Part shown: in pieces, positions 51,666 to 64,000 of the stretch | Numbering within the stretch: the first letter of the stretch is position 1 | Layout: each line of letters opens with the position of its first letter | IMG/VR virus record: IMGVR_UViG_3300029288_005873 | Location: 32,001-96,000 of that record | Direction: 5' to 3' (one strand) | Length of the DNA: 64,000 nt | Source: a virus | Taxonomy: Duplodnaviria > Caudoviricetes | The notes under the pieces: model-generated | The model's database searches: none | The model's input: only the letters and a program-made list of their open reading frames with translations | Told to the model about the DNA's origin: nothing | Position numbers and translations under genes: made by a program

Positions 51666-53476
51666 ATCTTTTTGTCTTTCTGCTTATCTGTATTGTCAAT
51701 AAATTCCAAAAGTTCAAGTTCTTTTTTCAAAGCATCTATATTTCCATCTACTAAGGGGCAAACTGCTGCAAACCTGTGTCCGCCACCATTAAAAATCTTA
51801 GCGACTTTGGATACATCACATTGAGAATGCTCAGGTACTCTCAACTTTACTGTACGCTTTTCGATTTTTCCATATATTAAACAAATATATGGATTTAATT
51901 TATTTAATATATGTATTGCATAATCAATAATTACTAAGCTATCCTCATCCGTTTCAACTATAACAAAACCATTCGGTAACCTGGAAACTTTGGAGTTCCT
52001 AATAACTCTCCATACAAGTTCCATCGGAAGATTGTTTATAGAATCAAGCAACCGACGAAATTTCTCTTCAGAAATACCTAATTCTATTATAGAATTAAAC
52101 ACTTCTTTCATCCTTCTAGATAGTAATGTGTCTGTATACATTCCAATTGCTAAAATGTCATCTTTGATTCCAAATTTCCACAATAATACACTTGCCGTAC
52201 TACACATATCATATATAAATATCTTATTTTTTGGATCATGTTTACTAAGTCTACTTATATGATGGTCTATATTTACAATATTTATTCCATTAGGAATATT
52301 CCATCCTATTCTTTCATACGAGAATCCACTATCTAAAACTATTACCTGTTCAGCCCATTCGGGAAACTCGTCAAGTTTTTCTACGCCCTCAATAATCCAC
52401 AACAGGTTCTCAGGAACATCGCCCTTAATGATGATGGCAGACTTTACACCAATATTAATCATATGTCTGTACATTGCTACTATTGATGATAAGGCATCTC
52501 CATCTGGACAAATATGGGCAGTTATGATTGAATCTTTCTTTGGAATTGTTGAATCTTCCGTCGCTTCGCAAATGGAAGATTCAATCTGATCTGGATCAGT
52601 AACTACGCAATATATGTAGCCCATCTCTTTATAGAATGTTAATTTCTCAAAAAATTGTTCACTTTTTTTTCTTTTTTTTCCAAGCCCATCTGCTTCAACC
52701 CACAGTTTTGATCCAGATGTTAACAATACTACAAAATCACATGTCCAATCTCTATGATTTGTAACAATAGATTGCGGTTTGTAATCTAATATAATGTTTC
52801 TATTTTTTAGTTCGAAAAGTTTATTTGCAACAAGACATTCTAGTTGTGAACAATATATACGACCGTCGCATGATAGCGAAGGTTTAGCCCAACCTTTGTT
52901 TTTCATAATATGATTGTAATCAAATCCAGCAGCTTGAACAGCCCCCCCCCATGACCCAAAGAAAAATTTTGCCCTTTTTAGTAGTCTTGAATGGTGTTTA
53001 TGTATAAATTTGAAATTCAAAGGTTGTCCTTCAAAATGTAAACGTTGTATTTCACTTTCGATCGTTTCTTTTGTCCAAGGTTTGGAGATCAAGGAATCGT
53101 TTATTAAACCAGCTACATTAAGTGCGGCGCGTCTAGACCCAAAAAGACGCATTATTGCTGTCCACAACCCGTAATGATTTTTCTTTAGATTAACATCAAA
53201 GAGATCCTCATGCGGAATCTTTTTCAATTCTGTAATGATATCATCTTTTGTCCATTTTCGCCTTTTTAGAATTATAGATGGATCTAATCCAGCTGCTATG
53301 ATAGCTTTACGTAGACTTCCAAACATATTATAGCAAGCGTTATACAAACTAGCATCGTCGGCAGACAATGATGATGAATCGAGTCCTTTACTATCTGAAT
53401 ATCTTTTTTTTAGAATATCAATTATAAGACTCTTTGGATATTTTGGTTTTTTTGACATAAGGATCGACCTAATCAA
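51644..53476 (-). CDS. Endonuclease-like region fused to a DHH/DHHA1 phosphoesterase (NrnA-like)
   Basis: FGSW..A..AAG repeats; S.LE..CDF...VEADG; then H..PDGDA, IDHH, GMYTDT, GGGHRFAA. Confidence 0.85.
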   Translation of the reverse strand: MIRSILMSKKPKYPKSLIIDILKKRYSDSKGLDSSSLSADDASLYNACYNMFGSLRKAIIAAGLDPSIILKRRKWTKDDIITELKKIPHEDLFDVNLKKNHYGLWTAIMRLFGSRRAALNVAGLINDSLISKPWTKETIESEIQRLHFEGQPLNFKFIHKHHSRLLKRAKFFFGSWGGAVQAAGFDYNHIMKNKGWAKPSLSCDGRIYCSQLECLVANKLFELKNRNIILDYKPQSIVTNHRDWTCDFVVLLTSGSKLWVEADGLGKKRKKSEQFFEKLTFYKEMGYIYCVVTDPDQIESSICEATEDSTIPKKDSIITAHICPDGDALSSIVAMYRHMINIGVKSAIIIKGDVPENLLWIIEGVEKLDEFPEWAEQVIVLDSGFSYERIGWNIPNGINIVNIDHHISRLSKHDPKNKIFIYDMCSTASVLLWKFGIKDDILAIGMYTDTLLSRRMKEVFNSIIELGISEEKFRRLLDSINNLPMELVWRVIRNSKVSRLPNGFVIVETDEDSLVIIDYAIHILNKLNPYICLIYGKIEKRTVKLRVPEHSQCDVSKVAKIFNGGGHRFAAVCPLVDGNIDALKKELELLEFIDNTDKQKDKKICEERGI

Positions 53477-53504
53477 ATATTTCTACAACAATATATTATT
53501 CCTT

Positions 53505-53762
53505 CTAACTAGAGAGGAATGCCTCAATCTCCTCCTGGGAATGTGCGCCAACAAGGCGCCCAACCGCTTCTCCATCCTTGATTAGGATTAAAGTGGGTAT
53601 CGATCGGACATTCATTACGGCAGCCCTATTAGGATCTTGATCAATGTTTACATTCTCAAGTTTTATATCGCCAAATCCCTTCAAAGCCGATTCTAGAGCC
53701 GGAGCCATGGCTTTACAAGGGCTACACCAGGGCGCAAAAAAACGCACAAGAATAGTATCCAT
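53505..53762 (-). CDS. Thioredoxin
   Basis: WCSPC; VRSIPTL. Confidence 0.92.
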   Translation of the reverse strand: MDTILVRFFAPWCSPCKAMAPALESALKGFGDIKLENVNIDQDPNRAAVMNVRSIPTLILIKDGEAVGRLVGAHSQEEIEAFLSS

Positions 53763-54318
53763 TTTATATAGCCTCCAATCGTCCCGTGAATATACTTGGG
53801 ACAGGAGATATGTTTGTTTATTGATAGTCGGTTCTAATCATCTAGCTTGAGCCAGATTGTATCCGCACAAATATTAGCTACCTTATACGACCTGTATGGA
53901 AGTGTATCCTGAGAACCGTCTAGAATCCTATTAACATTGACACCTTTAATATGTGTATCAGAAACCTCTGACACACGAAGAAGGATCTCTTGGATTGACT
54001 GCCCCTTGCTTGAGTTGTCAATGCGGGCGATAAACTTCACAACCTGTCCAGGTTTAATATCGGTAATTTTCATTTCCGTCCCCTTTTCTAGCCGACGTAT
54101 GTCTTTTCTTTTTCGGTGTGTTCACTTTTTCTTTTTCTGTCCGAGCGGTCCTTTTTTCTTTTTGCTTCAGTCATACCTCTTAGTCGACATGCCCTACATT
54201 CCTCCATATCGCGTTCACATGGAACCAATGGGCAAGTTTTGAATATGAAACCCCAATCCCAAGCTACCTGATATGCAACTGGACATGAGAACGAACATTT
54301 TCTTCCCTTCGCCATCTT

Positions 54319-54822
54319 TTACCTCCCATGACATCTTTTGAACTTAGGAACTTTTCCGTCAATTTTTCGACCACATGGGCACGGACTATTTCTACCAATA
54401 CGACTTGATAATATTCTATCAGTCATTAGGATTCCGCCAAGATGGTCTATCTCATGTTGTATAGCTATAGCTTCAAGCCCCGTGGCTACAATCCCAGACG
54501 GATTCTTGTCGCATTTTACAAAAACCTCTCCAAATCTAAGTGTGTCGATGGAAACATTTGGGATGCTTAAGCATCCCTCTCCCCTTGCTATTATGGGATT
54601 ATCCATCTCTAATATAGTTGGATTAACAAGGTCTATGGAATGTTCTTTAGTTCTTATTATTGCTACTTGTTTCAATATTCCTATTTGTGGTGCAGCTAGA
54701 CCAACACCATGTCTATCAAATAACAAAAGCTCTTTTTCAAGCAGTTTAAGTATTTCTTCGACTTCAAAATCTGAAACTTGTGTACTTGGAAGTCTTAGAA
54801 TTGAAACATCTGTGACTATCAT
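54319..54822 (-). CDS. def: Peptide deformylase with C-terminal SEC-C motif
   Basis: GVGLAAPQIG, EGCLS, QHEIDHL; GRNSPCPCG...KFKRCHG. Confidence 0.95.
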   Translation of the reverse strand: MIVTDVSILRLPSTQVSDFEVEEILKLLEKELLLFDRHGVGLAAPQIGILKQVAIIRTKEHSIDLVNPTILEMDNPIIARGEGCLSIPNVSIDTLRFGEVFVKCDKNPSGIVATGLEAIAIQHEIDHLGGILMTDRILSSRIGRNSPCPCGRKIDGKVPKFKRCHGR

Positions 54823-54828
54823 TATTTG

Positions 54829-55362
54829 TCACTTTGCTGGAACAAGCATGATTGATATGTCCTTATCGCCTATTTCAGCTGCTTTTTCGACTTTATATTT
54901 TGTTTCGTCAAGCAGTTTGACAAATCTTTCAAGAACATCTCTGCCCGTTTCGGTCATATGATTTTTTTCCCTACCCTTAAATCTCACAACGATTTTTACG
55001 CGATCGCCCTCTCCTATGAACTCGAGTGCTTGTTTTGCCCTATACTCAAGATCATGATCATCTGTATTTGGGCGGATCTTAATTTCTTTTGTCAACTGTT
55101 GTGTAGCTTTTGAAGCCTTATGCCTTTTCGACTGTTCATATTTCCATTTGCCTAGGTCCATAATTTTACATGTAGGAATACCATTTTTTCCTTCCCCAAC
55201 CTGAACAAGATCAAGACCAGACGATTCAGCCATTCGGTATGCATCCAATGTGTCTAGCACACCAAGATTGGATCCATCCTTATCAATTAGAAGAACAGTC
55301 CTTGACTTTATTGCACGCTCCGTTCTTTGGTTTCTATTACCAAAATCTCGCATTCTTCTCAC
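54829..55362 (-). CDS. infC: Translation initiation factor IF3
   Basis: LID..G.NLG, LDLV, CKIMD.GK.KYE, KEIK.RP....HD, VK....F.GRE. Confidence 0.93.
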   Translation of the reverse strand: MRRMRDFGNRNQRTERAIKSRTVLLIDKDGSNLGVLDTLDAYRMAESSGLDLVQVGEGKNGIPTCKIMDLGKWKYEQSKRHKASKATQQLTKEIKIRPNTDDHDLEYRAKQALEFIGEGDRVKIVVRFKGREKNHMTETGRDVLERFVKLLDETKYKVEKAAEIGDKDISIMLVPAK

Positions 55363-56340
55363 TTTCCAAAATTGCGGGGACCCGCACTGCTGTCAAAATG
55401 TTTCTTCGCCAATACCACTGGAATCATATGTACTTGAAAAGGTTCATCTGGTTCTTGGAAACATGAGGCAACAAAAGCGTTCGGATCTCCACAGGTTTCC
55501 TTTGCCTTATTGATGATATCCTCAGGCATAACCTCATGTGGATTCATATAAACCCTGAACATGCCATCATCATATGGTACATAATATATCAAAACGTCAG
55601 CGCAACTTGGATCTGATTTTGTTCCAAGAAGTACCGATCCAATTTTTCTCCTCAGTCCTTCCTTAACTAGAAGAAAGCCTACATCAAGCTCTCCTCTTTG
55701 TTTTCTTATCACTGGTATTATGGAAAGAATGTCAGGAGTCCTATGCTCACAAATTTTACATCCATCTTTGTGTGGAACTATTGTACCACCCCTACCATCT
55801 CCTTTAAGATTGACCCAATGCGCATTGAATAAGAGGGAAGGTCCTATAATCCTTACAATTGTTGGACCATCACAGCTTGGTAGGAAAAGCTGCGGCTTAC
55901 TTAGTACAGATTTTACAGCTATGAGTCGAACCGGATTTACTAATATATCATGGATCATCTCTAGGATATTGTTGTCAATTGATCCTATGATATCAAATAT
56001 CTTTTCATTCTTATCCAGGACATAAGGCATAACGCATATTGAAGAGTCATTTAAGTTTGTCGACACAACAAACGTCAGATGACCATTCAGACCGGCTTTC
56101 TTAAGCATGGACATCGGCACACGTAACCTGCCCGCACTAATAGAGACCTTGCCTATTGGATTCTTACACGATTCAGATAGCACCAATGAGCAGGTGTCAC
56201 AACAAACTGTAATCACCTGTTTATCTTTCCACCCCATAAGTCGCACAATCCTATGTGGAATCTCTATGCGACCATCTCCTTTTACATGTACGGGTGTTCC
56301 AGACCTTCGTGTGATAAGGTTGGATAGTATTCCCGCCACG

Positions 56341-56351
<11 letters not shown>
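55359..56351 (-). CDS. Hypothetical protein with AbrB-like N-terminal repeats
   Basis: DGRIEIP and GRLRVP motifs. Confidence 0.45.
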
Positions 56352-60778
<4,427 letters not shown>

Positions 60779-60814
60779 TTCTCCACAATTGTGCGTACAT
60801 ACAAGCTGACAGCT

Positions 60815-61717
60815 TTAGTATGACATATGGACTGTAAGAAACACTTGGGCTTTGCGGTCAATTCCAACACTTCGAGCTATACTCTCGGCATCCTCTATTT
60901 TTACAAGGATAAATTCAGGAGAAATAGGCAATATACTATTTCCACACCCGTGGCAGGCATCACTAGTTTGAGCAACGCGGAATCCTAAGGCTAGATTACT
61001 ACTACCGTTTTCACTCGATGATATCGAATCAATACAAAATATACCACTGGAATCTGAATCAGAACCATATGGATATTGATCCCTCAATGAGTGCCACAAG
61101 TCATCAGCCGAAATTTCAAGTTCGTCAGCCCATGCTTTGAACTCTGAAGTGGGCTTCTCGATAGGCTTTAGACAAAGTTCTGATCCACATTGGTCACAGA
61201 ATTTGACAGCTAATTTCCCAGTCTTTTTAATTTTGACATGACCGTTCTTACATCCATAGGAAGAACCCATCTCTATGAAAAAGTCCTCCCGTGCTACAGG
61301 CACGCCAATTATGATGTTTCCATACACATTCAACCCCATGGGATTACTCGCAGATTCCCTTTTCCTGTTCGCGCTCTAGAGAGGCAAGGGCAGCTCCCAT
61401 TTCTTTCTTGGATACTTCGATGTCAACTTCTTGCTTTGTCATGTTGCCAAGTTCTTTTTTAATTTCCTCGATAAGTGCTTTCCCGGCCAGGAAATGGGCA
61501 CCAATCCTCTCTTGGAGAGAGCCGGTCTTCTTCGACTTTTCTTTGCGCGGTCTCGGCGTCACAAGTGTTAGAGCACTCACAAGTGTTGCGTGTTCAACAT
61601 CACTGCGACCACGAAGCTTGATGCCAAGAGTCTTTGCCTTTAGAACTACCGTTGCCGTAGAGCAACCAAAAAAGTTTGCAATCTCCGCAATTGTAGATTT
61701 CTCAGTAATAATCGTCA
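60815..61717 (-). CDS. Two hypothetical ORFs (60815-61339; 61344-~61717 with HTH and coiled coil)
   Basis: Tiling on the minus strand. Confidence 0.5.
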
Positions 61718-63817
61718 TTTTTCTTCCTCCTTCGGCAATAGACCAATTTTCCTGCCGAGTGTTTGCCATGCCATAGCCGCAGTAAGAGGCACTACGGCAT
61801 TCCCCAATGTTCTTAATCTATCACTTCTAGAGCACATATGTGGTAGGCTAGTCGTTATTTTTCCCGTCCCTTTTCCTGTTTTACAGGTTGACTGCCAGTT
61901 TCTGAATGCTGACATACGCATGTCCAGTGTGGGGGCAGACCCATTAGCATTTCCACGAATAGCGGGTTTAGCATCATCCGACATCCGCGCCCACCCTTCT
62001 GCGTCGCCAGGCGTTGGAGGGAAGGGCGAATCCGACCAACCCTCCCCGCCGAACCGCCTTGGTTCGATCCGTACTGAGCTGCCGATGGAGTCGGCCAAAA
62101 TTCTGCCACATCTGGTAGCGTCCTGTCCGATTCTGGTCTCGGCTTCCCATCCCTCGTTCTTTTCCTCCAGTCCGCACCGCCCTTGTGATCCCTGCTTGCT
62201 GGCGTCGGCCATTGTGCAGCCGCAGATGGAAGTGTCAGATCTCCCTTCGTTCCGTGCTGATTCGGACCCCCTTTTGTTCCATCTGTCGCTCTCGCGGTTG
62301 GCCATGATGAAGAGTCGTTTTCTGAGATGAGGAGCACCGACTTCTGCCGCGCTGAATATTCCCGCTTCAATTCGGTAATCCATTCCCCAAAGGTCTTCAC
62401 ATACGTCTCTGAACATTGTGTTGAGCAGGTTTGGGACATTTTCGAAGAAGCATACAGTAGGTGACACTTCTCCGACAATCCTTGCGAACTGCGGCCAGAG
62501 GTTTCGGTCGTCTTCTTTTCCGCGCCGTTTTCCTGCAACAGAGTGAGGGGTACAATTGTGTACCGCCATTCCTTCGGCAATGTATGATTCATCTTCCAAT
62601 ACAGAAATGTTCCATACAGTGCCGAAACCACACTGTTCCATGTATCTGACCGGCTTCCATCCGTATATTCCGTCGATAAAAGGTTCACGGTTTCTTGAGC
62701 GGATGTTGAGTTTCCAGGCATCACGCTGTCGGACTGTTCTTCCTTCAATAATACAGGTGTCACTTTTTCTATGACTTTTGATAACAGAACAGACAACTCC
62801 TCTAACGCTTTGTGCGATAAGCGACATTCCCATAGATAGTGCCCTACTGGTGCTACTTGACTCGCGCAACTTGTACGAGTCGTATCCATCTCCAGACAAA
62901 TAGCCTTGCAACAAGGCATTTGCTTTGCGCCAAGGAAGTTCCAAAGCACACCTTGGAATCCGTTTTCCATGGGCCAATCTCCCAAAAGGAAGAAGGAATT
63001 TATACAAGGATGTATCTGTAATATGGAATTTTGTTGCTGTTCGCCCTTCTTCACGATAGGCATGAAAACCTGCGAACGCGATTCTGGAGGCAAGATCATC
63101 AGCTTCCTTATGCCCACAGGTAATGATTGTGCGTCCCATCGGCTTCCTAGTTTTGCGCAATCCTTTCCTGTCGCAAAGATATCCATCGGCGATATATCTT
63201 CCAACAACCCACCAAAATTCAACACTGTGGTTGTCATCGATAATGGCTTCAGGAACAACCTGGCACACCATCTTCCCGCACAAAGATTCTGCGGAAACGA
63301 ATCCCGGTTTGCTGTATATTTTTCTATACTTTCTGGTTGTATTGTCCCATATTTTAGACACATCTCTTGCGTAGAAGGGATGCTCATGTGTTGTGATGAC
63401 ATCTGAACCCTGTGCCCGCACACGCATGAGTTGGGCGTTTTCTCTACACATAATGGATGTAATGGGTTTCCATCTTCCCAGATGTGTAAGGACACAATCT
63501 CCCACACACAATTCTTCAATAGGTCTATACCCAGATTCGGTAAGCACCAATGTTCCAGCAGCGAAGCAGGGGAACCCTCCAGTGATACAATCCACTTTTC
63601 CACGCCAAGGGCGGCCATCGAAGGTGAACACGCTATCCCAGATAGGCGCTTCATCCAAGATCTTTTCTTCCATCCTGGCCACGAGGACCGATGCGGCGTA
63701 AGTTTCAAGCTCGACATAACAAACAGTTCTGGATCTGGGCTCGGCGAGCTTAAGTCCGAGTTCGAGCCCTCCAATTCCTGAGCAGAGGGACAAAATCCTT
63801 GGGGAATATGTAGCCAC
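61715..63817 (-). CDS. C5 cytosine DNA methyltransferase, large subunit, intein-containing
   Basis: Motif I LCSGIGG, IV GGFP|C, VI FFENV, VIII H.RKRLF, X RLRTLGNAVVP; probable GTG start at 63817. Confidence 0.92.
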   Translation of the reverse strand: MATYSPRILSLCSGIGGLELGLKLAEPRSRTVCYVELETYAASVLVARMEEKILDEAPIWDSVFTFDGRPWRGKVDCITGGFPCFAAGTLVLTESGYRPIEELCVGDCVLTHLGRWKPITSIMCRENAQLMRVRAQGSDVITTHEHPFYARDVSKIWDNTTRKYRKIYSKPGFVSAESLCGKMVCQVVPEAIIDDNHSVEFWWVVGRYIADGYLCDRKGLRKTRKPMGRTIITCGHKEADDLASRIAFAGFHAYREEGRTATKFHITDTSLYKFLLPFGRLAHGKRIPRCALELPWRKANALLQGYLSGDGYDSYKLRESSSTSRALSMGMSLIAQSVRGVVCSVIKSHRKSDTCIIEGRTVRQRDAWKLNIRSRNREPFIDGIYGWKPVRYMEQCGFGTVWNISVLEDESYIAEGMAVHNCTPHSVAGKRRGKEDDRNLWPQFARIVGEVSPTVCFFENVPNLLNTMFRDVCEDLWGMDYRIEAGIFSAAEVGAPHLRKRLFIMANRESDRWNKRGSESARNEGRSDTSICGCTMADASKQGSQGRCGLEEKNEGWEAETRIGQDATRCGRILADSIGSSVRIEPRRFGGEGWSDSPFPPTPGDAEGWARMSDDAKPAIRGNANGSAPTLDMRMSAFRNWQSTCKTGKGTGKITTSLPHMCSRSDRLRTLGNAVVPLTAAMAWQTLGRKIGLLPKEEEK

Positions 63818-63819
63818 AT
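61855..63819 (-). CDS. Overlapping alternative-frame MTase subunit (carries motif IX and WPTP repeats)
   Basis: 654-codon open frame; WPTAR/WPTPAS/WPTPS repeats and LNPLFVEMLMGLPPHWT. Confidence 0.75.
   Translation of the reverse strand: MWLHIPQGFCPSAQELEGSNSDLSSPSPDPELFVMSSLKLTPHRSSWPGWKKRSWMKRLSGIACSPSMAALGVEKWIVSLEGSPASLLEHWCLPNLGIDLLKNCVWEIVSLHIWEDGNPLHPLCVEKTPNSCVCGHRVQMSSQHMSIPSTQEMCLKYGTIQPESIEKYTANRDSFPQNLCAGRWCARLFLKPLSMTTTVLNFGGLLEDISPMDIFATGKDCAKLGSRWDAQSLPVGIRKLMILPPESRSQVFMPIVKKGEQQQNSILQIHPCINSFFLLGDWPMENGFQGVLWNFLGAKQMPCCKAICLEMDTTRTSCASQVAPVGHYLWECRLSHKALEELSVLLSKVIEKVTPVLLKEEQSDSVMPGNSTSAQETVNLLSTEYTDGSRSDTWNSVVSALYGTFLYWKMNHTLPKEWRYTIVPLTLLQENGAEKKTTETSGRSSQGLSEKCHLLYASSKMSQTCSTQCSETYVKTFGEWITELKREYSARQKSVLLISENDSSSWPTARATDGTKGGPNQHGTKGDLTLPSAAAQWPTPASRDHKGGADWRKRTRDGKPRPESDRTLPDVAEFWPTPSAAQYGSNQGGSAGRVGRIRPSLQRLATQKGGRGCRMMLNPLFVEMLMGLPPHWTCVCQHSETGSQPVKQEKGREK
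62555..63568 (-). mobile_element. Intein (338 aa) with LAGLIDADG endonuclease
   Basis: Starts CFAAGTLV, block B TTHEHPF, GRYIADG and LQGYLSGDG, ends VHN before the +1 Cys. Confidence 0.95.
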
Positions 63820-63830
63820 GGTTCTCCAGT

Positions 63831-63932
63831 TTATGACATGGCACCAAGAATCAGTGCGAAGCCGAATGCTACCAAACATATGACGCCAAGGACCAGTGAG
63901 GTCCTAACGTTACTTTCTTCTGTCTTTTCCAT
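63831..63932 (-). CDS. 33-aa single-TM peptide
   Basis: MEKTEESNVRTSLVLGVICLVAFGFALILGAMS fills the dut-MTase gap. Confidence 0.45.
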   Translation of the reverse strand: MEKTEESNVRTSLVLGVICLVAFGFALILGAMS

Positions 63933-63940
63933 TACAACCT

Positions 63941-64000
63941 TTACTTTCCAGTCGATCCAAATCCACCGCTTCCGCGACCAGTGCCGTCCGACAAGGAAGG
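63941..64000 (-). CDS. dut: dUTPase C-terminus (partial)
   Basis: RGSGGFGSTGK* (motif V). Confidence 0.85.
   Translation of the reverse strand, partial: PSLSDGTGRGSGGFGSTGK

Overview
This looks like a 64 kb segment of a large (jumbo-type) bacteriophage genome read in the standard genetic code. Genes are dense and almost all on the minus strand, with many short hypothetical ORFs. About 19 dispersed tRNA genes are present, none encoding CCA and several atypical. The window also carries many homing endonucleases and host-like genes scattered outside their usual bacterial operons (coaD, coaE, tsf, infC, def, Thg1-like, groEL, purA, guaB/guaC, nadE, dinG, dut). Main points of interest: (1) a compact ubiquitin-like conjugation cassette (E2-like, JAB, Ubl, E1) co-oriented with a divergent Ro60/TROVE-like vWA gene; (2) four ~125-155 nt tRNA-scaffolded ncRNAs with a conserved hairpin in place of the variable arm (candidate Y-RNA analogues), plus an anticodon-less tRNA mimic inside the cluster; (3) a C5 DNA methyltransferase whose motifs are split over two overlapping frames, where a 338-aa intein is stop-free in the second frame; (4) seven tRNAs with C33, an initiator-like tRNA with a CAA anticodon, a membrane-anchored EF-Ts, and a leader-peptide attenuator. 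All calls rest on manual motif recognition and hand folding; no searches were run. Several single-base homopolymer frameshifts suggest some consensus sequencing errors.
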